From Bacteroidota bacterium (GTDB lineage: Bacteria > Bacteroidota > Bacteroidia > Bacteroidales > JAAYUG01): DNA of 64,000 nucleotides. The stretch lies in assembly GCA_029571215.1 (NCBI GenBank), contig JAKPTE010000001.1:42684-106683 (forward strand). Reading direction: 5' to 3'. Positions 38,826 to 48,778 of the stretch are shown piece by piece; positions within the stretch are counted from its first letter, which is position 1; every line of letters begins with the position of its first letter. The notes below the pieces were generated by a model. The model had not been told where the DNA came from. It saw only the letters and a list, made by a program, of their open reading frames with translations, and ran no database searches. Made by a program: the position numbers and the translations under genes.

Positions 38826-39821
38826 CTATTCCGATTCGAGAATTTTGAAGAGTTCGTCAAGTTTTGGAGTGAGGATAATTTCGGTACGCCGGTTTTTTTG
38901 CCGCGCTTCTTTGGTCTTAGCCGGATCAACAGGCACAAATTCACCCCTGCCGCTGGCAGTAAGGCGTCGGGGATCTATTTTTGTACCATCAAGTAAAATC
39001 CGAACAATTGCTGTTGCACGTTTGACGCTAAGGTCCCAGTTATCGCGTATGGATGCGGAGGGTATTACCGGTACATCATCCGTATGGCCTTCGATGGTTA
39101 TGTTGATATCGGGGTTTTGTTCGAGTACTCTGGCCAGTCTTTTCAAAGCTGCAACCCCGCGTGGATCTACCTCAGTACTGCCACTTTGAAACAACAGCTT
39201 TTCCTCGAGCGAAACATACACTTTTCCGTTTCGGATGTTTACAGAAAGGCCTTCTTTTTCAAATCCGAGGAGGGCATCACTCACTTTGTTCTTCAGTGCT
39301 TTAACGGTGGAATCTTTGCGGAAAAGAATGGTTTCGAGTTCTTTCATTCGGGCATTCCTTTGATCAAGCTCCACGGCCATACGGTCAAGGATCATTTTTT
39401 TCTCCTGAAGATCGCGTTCGAGTGTTTTCAGTCTGTTTTCCCTGTCGTAAAGTTCTTCCTGTGAAGCCTGGAGTTTTTTCAACAGACGGGCTGTTTCTCT
39501 CTCATTTCCTTTGAGCAGGTCTTCCTGAGCTGCCTGCAGTTCATTATAAGCGCGGTCCAATAGGTTATAATTTTTTCTGAGCGCCTCAAGCTGCTGCGCC
39601 CGATCAGCGCTGTCAGAAACCAAAGACGCAACTTTCTCTTCCATTTGCTGTATCTTAAATTTCAGTTCCCGGGTCTGAACTGTCAATTGTTCGTTTTCCT
39701 GCTTCAGTTGCTCCGATTCGGCGGTGCATTTTTTTTCCAGATCGTTAAATTTTTTCATGGTTACGCAGGATCCCAGAAAAAAAAGCGGCACAAAAAGCAA
39801 TAGGATATATTTTCTTTTCAT
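38826..39821 (-). CDS. OmpA/MotB-family coiled-coil lipoprotein
   Basis: Lipobox LGSC; long coiled coil; EGHTD, NWDLSVKRA, NRRTEI. Confidence 0.92.
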   Translation of the reverse strand: MKRKYILLLFVPLFFLGSCVTMKKFNDLEKKCTAESEQLKQENEQLTVQTRELKFKIQQMEEKVASLVSDSADRAQQLEALRKNYNLLDRAYNELQAAQEDLLKGNERETARLLKKLQASQEELYDRENRLKTLERDLQEKKMILDRMAVELDQRNARMKELETILFRKDSTVKALKNKVSDALLGFEKEGLSVNIRNGKVYVSLEEKLLFQSGSTEVDPRGVAALKRLARVLEQNPDINITIEGHTDDVPVIPSASIRDNWDLSVKRATAIVRILLDGTKIDPRRLTASGRGEFVPVDPAKTKEARQKNRRTEIILTPKLDELFKILESE

Positions 39822-39837
39822 GGCAATATCTTTCCGG

Positions 39838-39845
39838 CAAATATA
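39838..39845 (-). promoter_or_regulatory. -7 promoter element for the OmpA/MotB-rSAM operon (TATATTTG)
   Basis: Exact TAnnTTTG 16 nt upstream of the ATG. Confidence 0.7.
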
Positions 39846-40083
39846 CGGCAAAAGATGCTATGCTTTTTTTGCCGGGTTTGTTTATTATGGAAGGATTGCC
39901 AATTAATCTGTACACGTTGAACCTAATGAATGCATTTCCAATGTTTTCATCTCCTTTCAGGCCGATTAAATTTTCGATTCATCAGGGTTAACCCGGATAC
40001 CATGGCTCAACGCGTACGCTTTATACATTAATTCTTTCCACTCCTGATACATAATCCGGGTTGAACAAATTCATAGAAATATC

Positions 40084-40091
40084 TACCTTTG
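40084..40091 (+). promoter_or_regulatory. -7 promoter element for dxs (TACCTTTG)
   Basis: Exact TAnnTTTG 16 nt upstream of the ATG. Confidence 0.7.
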
Positions 40092-40107
40092 TGCATATTC
40101 ATTATGT

Positions 40108-42027
40108 ATGGCTCATTATCCTTTACTGGAGAAGATTTTTTATCCGGATGATCTGAAAAAACTGAATTCTGAGGAGTTAATTCAGGTCTGCCATGAATTA
40201 CGTGAATTCATCATTGATATTGTCTGTGAGAATCCGGGACATCTTGGAGCCAATCTTGGGACTGTTGAATTAACGGTTGCTCTGCATTATGTTTTTGATG
40301 TACCTAATGACAAAATTATCTGGGATGTGGGGCATCAGGCATACGGACATAAGATTCTGACAGGAAGAAGGCAGGTTTTTCATACCAACCGCAAGTACGG
40401 GGGCATCAGTGGCTTTCCCAAGCGGGATGAAAGTCCGTATGATGTTTTTGGTACGGGGCATTCATCAACTTCCATTTCAGCTGCTTTGGGGATAGCCATG
40501 GGTCTCAGGTACAATAGCAGGGAAGAGTCCAACGTGATTGCTGTAATAGGAGATGGCAGTCTTACGGGGGGTATGGCTTTTGAAGGGTTGAACAACGCAG
40601 GTACTTTGCATCCCAACATGCTGGTTATTCTCAATGACAACAACATGTCAATTGATCCTAATGTGGGTGCCCTGAAAGATTACTTACTTGATATTACAAC
40701 CTCGAAAACTTACAACCGTTTTCGGGATGAAATATGGGATATGCTGGGGAAGCTGGGTCGTATGGCTCCGTTTGCCCGTCAGTATGTTCAAAAAATTGAA
40801 GCATCTCTGAAGGCTTTGTTTCTAAAGCAGAGCAATCTTTTCGAAGCGTTAAATTTCCGCTATTTCGGACCAGTTGACGGGCATGATGTTGTTCACCTTA
40901 CCGAGGTTTTGCAAGATTTAAAAGGGATAAAGGGGCCGAAACTCCTGCACGTTATCACGAAAAAAGGCAAAGGATTTCCAAGAGCCGAAGAGAACCAGAC
41001 GGCTTTTCATTCCCCCGGTCCGTTTGACCGGAAAACGGGTGAATTTCTATCAAGGAAAGTTACTGACACAGAACCTCCAAGGTACCAGGATGTTTTTGGT
41101 CATACGCTTCTTGAGCTGATGGAACAAAACAACAAAGTGATTGGTATTACGCCTGCTATGCCAACAGGTTGTTCTATGAATATAGCCATGGAACGTTACC
41201 CGGAACGTATTTACGATGTTGGCATAGCCGAACAGCATGCGGTCACGTTCGCTGCAGGATTGGCCACCCAGGGTCTAATTCCCTTTTGCAACATTTATTC
41301 CTCCTTCATGCAGAGGGCTTATGATCAGGTCATTCACGATGTTGCCATACAGAATCTTCCTGTAGTGTTGTGTCTTGATAGAGCCGGTCTCGTCGGAGAC
41401 GATGGTGCCACGCACCATGGAGCATTTGATCTGGCCTATTTACGCTGCATCCCCAATATGGTTGTTGCCGCCCCGATGGATGAAATTGAACTGCGGAATC
41501 TGATGTATACCGCACAGCTTCAACCAAAAGGTCCTTTTGCTATCCGATACCCAAGAGGGAAAGGAGTTCATACCAGCTGGCGGGAAACGTTTCAGGAAAT
41601 ACCGATAGGGAAGGGCAGGATTATCGAAGAAGCAGAAGGTCTTGCGGTACTGTCCCTGGGGCATCCGGGGAATTTTGTGCGGGAAGCTGCCCTGAAACTG
41701 TCGGAAGAAGTGATTCATTTTTCACATTATGATCTCCGTTTTCTTAAACCAATTGACAAGGAGCTTTTGCGTCATATATTTCAACGGCACAAACAAATTA
41801 TTACTGTTGAAGACGGTGTCCTTGCCGGAGGCTTCGGAAGCGCTGTTCTTGAATTTATGGCTGATGAAGGGTTTACAGCGCAAGTGGTACGGTTAGGAAT
41901 TCCTGACCGGTTTATTGAACACGGCACTCAGGACGAATTACGGCGGGAATGTGGATATGATACAGATAGTATTGCTGCAGTAATTAAAAAGATGCTTGTG
42001 GGAAAAATCCTGCAGAAAGTAAGCTGA
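40108..42027 (+). CDS. dxs: 1-deoxy-D-xylulose-5-phosphate synthase
   Basis: WDVGHQAY, GHSSTSISA, GDGSLTGG, DVGIAEQHA, DRAGLVG. Confidence 0.98.
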   Translation: MAHYPLLEKIFYPDDLKKLNSEELIQVCHELREFIIDIVCENPGHLGANLGTVELTVALHYVFDVPNDKIIWDVGHQAYGHKILTGRRQVFHTNRKYGGISGFPKRDESPYDVFGTGHSSTSISAALGIAMGLRYNSREESNVIAVIGDGSLTGGMAFEGLNNAGTLHPNMLVILNDNNMSIDPNVGALKDYLLDITTSKTYNRFRDEIWDMLGKLGRMAPFARQYVQKIEASLKALFLKQSNLFEALNFRYFGPVDGHDVVHLTEVLQDLKGIKGPKLLHVITKKGKGFPRAEENQTAFHSPGPFDRKTGEFLSRKVTDTEPPRYQDVFGHTLLELMEQNNKVIGITPAMPTGCSMNIAMERYPERIYDVGIAEQHAVTFAAGLATQGLIPFCNIYSSFMQRAYDQVIHDVAIQNLPVVLCLDRAGLVGDDGATHHGAFDLAYLRCIPNMVVAAPMDEIELRNLMYTAQLQPKGPFAIRYPRGKGVHTSWRETFQEIPIGKGRIIEEAEGLAVLSLGHPGNFVREAALKLSEEVIHFSHYDLRFLKPIDKELLRHIFQRHKQIITVEDGVLAGGFGSAVLEFMADEGFTAQVVRLGIPDRFIEHGTQDELRRECGYDTDSIAAVIKKMLVGKILQKVS

Positions 42028-42077
42028 CTCTTTTAAAAAAATTGTATTTTCGCACGCTCTGCGTTCTTTGCACAACT

Positions 42078-42160
42078 GCCCGGATGGCGGAACAGGTAGA
42101 CGCGCTGGTCTCAAAAACCAGTGGGATTTTCCCTTGCCGGTTCGATTCCGGCTCCGGGTA
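42078..42160 (+). tRNA. tRNA-Leu(CAA)
   Basis: Acceptor GCCCGGA/TCCGGGT; anticodon arm CTGGT-CTCAAAA-ACCAG; long variable arm; T arm GCCGG-TTCGATT-CCGGC; 3' CCA not encoded. Confidence 0.96.
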
Positions 42161-42318
42161 CTACTTTTTTATATTAGAACCTTTTTTTGAGTTTGGTGGA
42201 AAGGTAAGAGAAGTCGGTATATTTTCCTTGTTGAATCGGGGGTAAATCATTTCGTCTGTCCAGGGTTTGTACAATAAAAAGTTTTGCAGCGCTGTAATTT
42301 TTGGTAAATGCATGTGGT

Positions 42319-42765
42319 ATGGCAGAAAAGGATCCAATAAAACCTTATGGTGACAAGCAGTTTCAGTTTGACAGGCGGTATCTTGAGATGGCCCGGATCT
42401 GGGGGCAGAACAGTTACTGCAAACGCCGCCAGGTTGGGGCTCTGATTGTAAAAGGGCGGATGATCATTTCTGACGGATACAACGGAACACCTGAAGGGTT
42501 TGAGAATGTCTGCGAGGATGAATCATTTCATACCAAACCCTATGTTTTACATGCTGAAGCAAACGCCATCACCAAGGTGGCAAAATCAAACAACAGCAGC
42601 GAAAATGCCACACTGTATGTGACATGTTCCCCGTGCATGGAATGCGCCAAGCTGATCATTCAGTCAGGCATCAAACGGGTCGTTTTTTCAGAGAAATATC
42701 CCAATGAAGATGGAATCCGATTGCTGGAAAGAGCTGGTATTGAAGTTGTACATATAGAGTTGTAA
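42319..42765 (+). CDS. dCMP deaminase (ComEB family)
   Basis: QVGA, GYNG, HAEANAI, SPCMECAK. Confidence 0.93.
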   Translation: MAEKDPIKPYGDKQFQFDRRYLEMARIWGQNSYCKRRQVGALIVKGRMIISDGYNGTPEGFENVCEDESFHTKPYVLHAEANAITKVAKSNNSSENATLYVTCSPCMECAKLIIQSGIKRVVFSEKYPNEDGIRLLERAGIEVVHIEL

Positions 42766-42768
42766 TTT

Positions 42769-44364
42769 ATGGAATCAAAAAACAGCCGTATATCCGTTCT
42801 TCTTCCTTTGTTGTTGGCCATTATGCTGGGGGGAGGAATTTTGTTGGGTATTACCATACGGTCCCGGTCAGATAGAAGTCAGTATCTTATATATCCCCGT
42901 ACCGACAAGATCGGAACGGTAATGAGCTATATTCTGAGCGAATATGTTGATACGGTTAACAAAGAAAAACTTACTGAGGATGCCATTAAAGCCCTTCTGA
43001 ATGATCTTGACCCACACTCAGTGTACATTCCGGCTTCGGAACTTCAGGCTGTTAATGAACCTCTCGAGGGCAATTTCAGCGGAATTGGTGTTCAGTTCAA
43101 CATGCAGAATGATACAGTTGCAATCATACTAACGGTTGCAAACGGTCCTTCCGAACGTGTCGGAATCCGACCGGGAGACAGGATTATTAAAATAAATGAC
43201 ACGCTGGTTGCAGGAGTAAAACTCGGCACCGATAAAATTATGAAGAAACTCAGGGGACCACGCGGCACCAGGGTTAAGGTCAGTATTTTGCGAAGAGGGG
43301 TTCCAGGCCTTCTCGATTTTGAAATTACAAGGGACCAGATCCCTATTTACAGTGTGGATGCAGCCTACATGCTTACTTCTACAACAGGATATGTGAAAAT
43401 AAGCAGTTTTTCGCGCACTACCCATGAGGAGTTTGTCAGTGCCGCTGATAAACTTCACCAACAGGGGATGAAGCGGATTATTGTTGACCTGAGAGGGAAC
43501 GGAGGAGGCTATATGGAGTCTGCTACCTCGGTTGCTGATGAATTTCTCGGGGATAATGAAATGATCGTATTTACCCAGGGCAGGCAGCGTCCCCGTTCGG
43601 TTGTTAAAGCCCGTCCAGGTGGCGTATGTGTGTCGGACGACGTCATTGTAATGATTGATGAATGGTCAGCTTCTGCAAGTGAAATTCTGGCAGGAGCTAT
43701 TCAGGATAATGACCGGGGGATCATCATTGGCCGGCGGTCATTTGGTAAAGGACTCGTTCAGGAACAGATTCCTCTTCCGGATGGTTCCGCCCTGCGGTTA
43801 ACGGTGGCACGCTACTATACTCCTACCGGACGATGCATTCAGAAGCCATATCGCGACGGAACAGAAGCCTATTACCATGAACTGATGGATCGCTACAATC
43901 GGGGAGAACTTAACAAACCTGACAGTGCCCTTTTGCCCGATAGCCTCAAGTACCGCACACCCAGAGGGAAAATTGTGTATGGTGGCGGTGGCATCATGCC
44001 CGACGTTTTCGTTCCTCTGGACACATCTGGAATTACTCCATGGTTTACCCAGATCAGAAGCAAGGGACTAACCTATTCTTATGCCTTTAAATACACCGAT
44101 GACCACCGCCAGGAACTTGAAAAATGCAAATCCGTCAATGCCCTTCTTGAATATCTCGACAAAAAAGATGTTTTCGAAGGCTTTTTAAAATATGTTAGTA
44201 ACCAGGGTATTGTGGCGAAGCAGAAGGAAGTGGTTAAATCAAAAATACTGGCCGATACGGAGGTGAAAGCATATATAGCCAGGAATATCTTTGACAATGA
44301 AGGTTTTTACAGGGTCATCTCGCGAATTGATGAAACTCTGAAAAAAGCGTTGGAACTTCCCTGA
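42769..44364 (+). CDS. S41 carboxy-terminal processing peptidase
   Basis: LDPHS, PDZ GIGV, DLRGNGGG, SASASE, SFGKG. Confidence 0.95.
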   Translation: MESKNSRISVLLPLLLAIMLGGGILLGITIRSRSDRSQYLIYPRTDKIGTVMSYILSEYVDTVNKEKLTEDAIKALLNDLDPHSVYIPASELQAVNEPLEGNFSGIGVQFNMQNDTVAIILTVANGPSERVGIRPGDRIIKINDTLVAGVKLGTDKIMKKLRGPRGTRVKVSILRRGVPGLLDFEITRDQIPIYSVDAAYMLTSTTGYVKISSFSRTTHEEFVSAADKLHQQGMKRIIVDLRGNGGGYMESATSVADEFLGDNEMIVFTQGRQRPRSVVKARPGGVCVSDDVIVMIDEWSASASEILAGAIQDNDRGIIIGRRSFGKGLVQEQIPLPDGSALRLTVARYYTPTGRCIQKPYRDGTEAYYHELMDRYNRGELNKPDSALLPDSLKYRTPRGKIVYGGGGIMPDVFVPLDTSGITPWFTQIRSKGLTYSYAFKYTDDHRQELEKCKSVNALLEYLDKKDVFEGFLKYVSNQGIVAKQKEVVKSKILADTEVKAYIARNIFDNEGFYRVISRIDETLKKALELP

Positions 44365-44445
44365 ATAACGGGTTGGTTTTGGTTGAATTTTTTGTATTAT
44401 TGAGTTGTTTTAACTTCTTTCTTGAAAACGTTCAACCAACCAACC

Positions 44446-46932
44446 ATGAACACTGCCGGGACGTTTATTCTTCCGAGAGGAACTGCACGCGCAGTTCTCT
44501 TTCTTGTACTTTTCTTTTCGGGTGTAAGTGCTCTTATTTATCAGATTATATGGATCCGGAAATTCGGACTGGTTTTCGGGGTTCATGTTTTTTCCATGAG
44601 CACTGTGCTTACTGCATTTATGGCCGGACTGGCTCTGGGAGCGCTTTATTTCGGGCGGCTTGTTGACAAAAAAAAGAATCCCCTGCTACTGTTCATGGCA
44701 CTTGAACTGGGGATAGGTCTGTTTGCCATATTTTTTCCGTTAACTTTTCGTGGTTTGGAAGAAATTTATGCCGCAATTTCCCGGAATATTCCTCTCGGAA
44801 ATTACTCCATTCAATTGATTCGTTTTCTACTGGCCTTTTTGTTTCTGCTGGTACCTACAACACTGATGGGGGGAACCATGCCGGTTATCGTCAAAATTTT
44901 CACTGACAACATTGGAAAAGTTGGCAATCGCGTAAGTCTTCTTTACGGAACCAATAATTTGGGAGCTGTTGTGGGTGGATTTCTGGCCGGATTTGTGATT
45001 ATTCAGCACCTGGGGTTAAATCAGTCAGGATATCTGGCAGCGATGCTTAATCTGTTAAATACAGTCATGGTGTTTCTTGTGGTGCGTTTTGCAGCCAGAA
45101 TTGAAGTCGGCATGGAGCCACAGGAAGAAAGAGATTCCTTCAGCACCGTTACGAAAATTACTCCGGGTATCCTTAAACTGGTTTTATGGGTTTTTGCCAT
45201 TGAAGGTTTTACTACACTCTCCTATGAGCTTATCTGGTCGCGTATACTGATCGATTTTTCCATCGATAAGACTGTATATTTTTCCAGCACAATTGTCATC
45301 AGTTTTATTTTTGGACTTTCGCTGGGAAGTTTTCTTGTTTCCGGGTATCTTGACAAAAGAAAAAACCTGCTGACTCTTCTTGGTTTAATAGAAATACTTA
45401 TCGGATTGTTGTCTGTTTTTTTTCTTTTGTTTTTTGTATGGATAGCTCCGAAACTTGTCGCTCAGCGTTCGATGCTCGACAGCTGGTTTCAGACTGCCGG
45501 GAAGGAATACATCATTTTCTTTCTCATTCTTACACCGCCAACCCTGCTCATGGGAATTACCTATCCTCTGGTGACGAAGCTCGCAGCCGATAATCTTACC
45601 TGCCTGGGAAAACGGATGGGACTCCTGGGTTTTCTTGATACCATCGGATCGGTGGTTGGTTCTTTTGTTGCTGGTTTCGTTATGATTCCTTTTCTCGGTG
45701 TGGTCAAAACGTTTATTATTACCGTATGTATTAATCTGGTTATCGGATTGCTTGTTTTTACCTTTCATCCTGTATTGTCAATCAGGCAGAAAACGGCCAT
45801 TACCGGAATTACTCTTCTGATTGCTGTACTGATGATGATCCGCATCCCATCTGGTTCCTATACGCGTGAATGGTGGGACAAAACAAAACGAAGCTGGTTT
45901 GATAACAACTATTATGAAAGTATTTTGTTTTTTGATGAAGGCGCCGCAGGAACTGTTACGGTTCGAAAATACCCCCACGGATTAGCTTTAAATATTAACG
46001 GACATAATACCGCATATACTACATCAAAGGACCTAAGGGTAAACCGGCAGCTTGGATATATTCCCTATTTGCTTCATCCTAATCCCAAAAGTGCCCTTGT
46101 TATCGGTTTTGGGATGGGGGCAACAGCATGCAGTCTCGTTCAGCCTGATATGGATAGGGTGGATGTGGCTGAGATATGTTCCGGCGTGATAAAGGCAGCG
46201 CATGTTTTTGCGCCATGGAACAGGAATGTAATTCTTAATCCGAAGGTGCATTTGTATGATGACGATGGGAGAAGCATCGTTTTTATGACAAAAAGTAAAT
46301 ATGACATTATTACCTCCAACGCCATTCATCCGAGGCTGAGTAATAATATCTATACCAAGGACTTCTATACTCTTTGCCGCGAAAAACTCACAGAAAACGG
46401 AATATTGTGCCAGTGGATGCCTCAAAACTGGCTTACGGAAGATGAATATAAGGCTCTTGTAAGGGCGTTTACCGAGGCTATGCCATATTCTTACCTATGG
46501 TATGTTAATGAATATAGCACCCTCATAATTGGTACCATGCAGCCTTTGACAATAAATGCAGAGCAAATCAGAAGAAAGTTTCATTCAAATGATGCCATGC
46601 AGAAAGATTTTCAGGAATTTGGTGTACCCAATGAATGGTATTTTCTGGCTCAGTTCTGGTTTACCGATCAGGAACTTAGAAATTATGTCAGCAGGGCAGA
46701 TTGCAATACTGATAATATGCCGCTTGCTGAATTCAGTAAAGTTATCAACATTGCTCCCGTGGTTGAAGTGATGGATACCCTGGCCAACCATGCTGTTTCG
46801 TACGAAGAGGTTTTAACACACATTGATTCTTCTCAGCTGGATTCCATAAAATTCTATGCAATGATTGAACGGGATCATATCAGGAGCATTGCAAGGAATG
46901 TAAGGGCATTTATGAAGCACAGGGGTTATTAG
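44446..46932 (+). CDS. Fused polytopic membrane domain + spermidine-synthase-like SAM-binding domain
   Basis: FFSGVSALIYQIIW repeated TM halves; LVIGFGMG, DVAEI, DDGR, YDIIT. Confidence 0.88.
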   Translation: MNTAGTFILPRGTARAVLFLVLFFSGVSALIYQIIWIRKFGLVFGVHVFSMSTVLTAFMAGLALGALYFGRLVDKKKNPLLLFMALELGIGLFAIFFPLTFRGLEEIYAAISRNIPLGNYSIQLIRFLLAFLFLLVPTTLMGGTMPVIVKIFTDNIGKVGNRVSLLYGTNNLGAVVGGFLAGFVIIQHLGLNQSGYLAAMLNLLNTVMVFLVVRFAARIEVGMEPQEERDSFSTVTKITPGILKLVLWVFAIEGFTTLSYELIWSRILIDFSIDKTVYFSSTIVISFIFGLSLGSFLVSGYLDKRKNLLTLLGLIEILIGLLSVFFLLFFVWIAPKLVAQRSMLDSWFQTAGKEYIIFFLILTPPTLLMGITYPLVTKLAADNLTCLGKRMGLLGFLDTIGSVVGSFVAGFVMIPFLGVVKTFIITVCINLVIGLLVFTFHPVLSIRQKTAITGITLLIAVLMMIRIPSGSYTREWWDKTKRSWFDNNYYESILFFDEGAAGTVTVRKYPHGLALNINGHNTAYTTSKDLRVNRQLGYIPYLLHPNPKSALVIGFGMGATACSLVQPDMDRVDVAEICSGVIKAAHVFAPWNRNVILNPKVHLYDDDGRSIVFMTKSKYDIITSNAIHPRLSNNIYTKDFYTLCREKLTENGILCQWMPQNWLTEDEYKALVRAFTEAMPYSYLWYVNEYSTLIIGTMQPLTINAEQIRRKFHSNDAMQKDFQEFGVPNEWYFLAQFWFTDQELRNYVSRADCNTDNMPLAEFSKVINIAPVVEVMDTLANHAVSYEEVLTHIDSSQLDSIKFYAMIERDHIRSIARNVRAFMKHRGY

Positions 46933-47081
46933 TACCTGCCATCCGATTTACTGAGGCGTATTTTACCTTTAACATTTTGTATTCATTTGTTTTGTGTTTG
47001 TGGAGCTATATATAATCGCAGCATGTTACCCATTGCGATTACCAAAATCGAAGCTAAGAGGGCAGGTGCAAACCCAGAAGT

Positions 47082-47113
47082 AAAAAAACAAGGGGGTCAA
47101 TAATAACCCCCCT
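47082..47113 (-). terminator. Terminator of susCD
   Basis: Minus strand AGGGGGGTT...GACCCCCTTG followed by T7. Confidence 0.85.
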
Positions 47114-47139
47114 GCTGAAAAGGATTCATTCAATATGAA

Positions 47140-48744
47140 TCAGTAGCCTGTGTTCTGTTTAATGGATGGATTAGCATTCACTTCGGCAGTGGGAATCGGG
47201 AACAGCATCTTTCCAGCGGTTTGGTTATACCAGTCGCTGAATTTGAAATCGATACGTACACTGCTAAAATCATTATCACTGGCAGTCCAGTTGGCAAGGT
47301 TAATATAACCGGCGGCGTGCCAGCGTTTGAGGTCAAACCAACGTATACCCTCTTCAGCACAAAGTTCAAGAAGCCTTTCATCCATAATCCATTGCATAAT
47401 TGTGCTTTCATCGGTTTCCGAGACTGAACGGTCAGCAGGCACTGCCGAAGCTGGAGAAGCGCTATTGCGTGCACGTTCCCTGATTTGATTAATTAGAGCA
47501 ATGGCATCTGCTTTATTTCCTCCGGACTTAAGGATAGCTTCTGCTTTCAGAAGAAGGACATCGGCGTATCTCAGGATACGCGGATTGTCAATGGAGGAAG
47601 TAACATCTCCTTCTTTTCCTCTTTTGACATACTTGGCAAAGCCTATCTTGAGTGTGTCGGTGCCAAATACCATTGGAGGATAACGATAGGCATTGCCATT
47701 ATCCGGGGCTATTGTATCAAGAGTTTCGCTTATACGCGGGTCCCCCGCTTCGAATTTCATTAACAGTTTTTTGCTTGGCACAATGCACATATTATCCAGA
47801 TTCCACCAGCTCCAGGCTCCGTAAAAGAATCCCCAGTAAGAAGACATTGGGCCAATAGCAATATCGAAATCATTCCATAACCAGATATTTTCGAATGATG
47901 GAGCATTACTTGCCTGGAATTCAAAAAGAGATTCCTCATTGTTTTCATTATATGCATCAAAGTTGGCTCCAAAATCGGCTACGAGGTGGCGAGTGGTAAT
48001 TTTGTCGAAAGCTGTGATGGCAGCTGTATAATCTGTTGTATTTTTTGCATAGCATGCTCTGAAGACAAGAGCTTTTCCCAGCATTCCGTTTGCTGCATCC
48101 TTCGTAATTCTTCCAATCTGGTTTTCGGGATAACTCACAGGAAGAAGCTCAGCCGCCTCCTGAAAATCGGCTATTGCCTGATCAAGCAGTTGGGTACCTG
48201 TTGAAGAAGGAGGGTAAATGTCCTTGAGCGACGAGATTCTTTCAGTTATAACCGGTGCGGTTCCAAAGAAGTTATACAGGCCAAAAAATGCCCAGCCGCG
48301 AAGAAAAAGAGCTTCTCCTTTTATATTATCTTTCAATCCTGGAGTTTTAATAACACCGTTTTCCTCATTAATTTTCTGAAGAACTACGTTAGCGCGGTTA
48401 ATGAGCTGGTAAGCTGCAGTCCAGTACTGTCCCAGTAGCCCCTGACCAGGCTGCATTCCGGAGAAAGACTCAAAAGGGCTTGTTCCTGCTGTTGTAGCAT
48501 CGTCACCAGGTAACAGCCACATGGGATGCGTAGGGTTATTTGCATGGAAATAATAGAAATCGGTAAGTTTTGCATACACGCCGATAATTGCGCCCACAAA
48601 GTCTTCTTCTGACTGAAACATCATAGCCTCAGTTTCTGTGCCGGGTTTCAGATCGAGATGGGAGGGATCACAGCTGTGGATTATGGGGAGGGTCACTAAT
48701 CCTGCAGCCAGGGATAATATGATGAATATTTTTTTTGCTTTCAT
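47140..48744 (-). CDS. RagB/SusD family lipoprotein
   Basis: Lipobox IHSC; GEALFLRG, RYADVLLLKAEA, ERLLELCAEEG.RWFDLKR, QNTGY. Confidence 0.95.
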   Translation of the reverse strand: MKAKKIFIILSLAAGLVTLPIIHSCDPSHLDLKPGTETEAMMFQSEEDFVGAIIGVYAKLTDFYYFHANNPTHPMWLLPGDDATTAGTSPFESFSGMQPGQGLLGQYWTAAYQLINRANVVLQKINEENGVIKTPGLKDNIKGEALFLRGWAFFGLYNFFGTAPVITERISSLKDIYPPSSTGTQLLDQAIADFQEAAELLPVSYPENQIGRITKDAANGMLGKALVFRACYAKNTTDYTAAITAFDKITTRHLVADFGANFDAYNENNEESLFEFQASNAPSFENIWLWNDFDIAIGPMSSYWGFFYGAWSWWNLDNMCIVPSKKLLMKFEAGDPRISETLDTIAPDNGNAYRYPPMVFGTDTLKIGFAKYVKRGKEGDVTSSIDNPRILRYADVLLLKAEAILKSGGNKADAIALINQIRERARNSASPASAVPADRSVSETDESTIMQWIMDERLLELCAEEGIRWFDLKRWHAAGYINLANWTASDNDFSSVRIDFKFSDWYNQTAGKMLFPIPTAEVNANPSIKQNTGY

Positions 48745-48778
48745 ATTCTTTGCAAATTAATTATTAGGTAAGGTTTCA

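Noticed and set aside
39966-40052. Small ORF as RiPP precursor for the radical SAM/SPASM enzyme
   Set aside because: Separated from the enzyme by a hairpin, a promoter and the OmpA gene; no leader motif, RRE, protease or exporter
42078-42300. tRNA-Leu as integration site of a genomic island
   Set aside because: No integrase and no duplicated tRNA 3' end noticed; housekeeping genes follow
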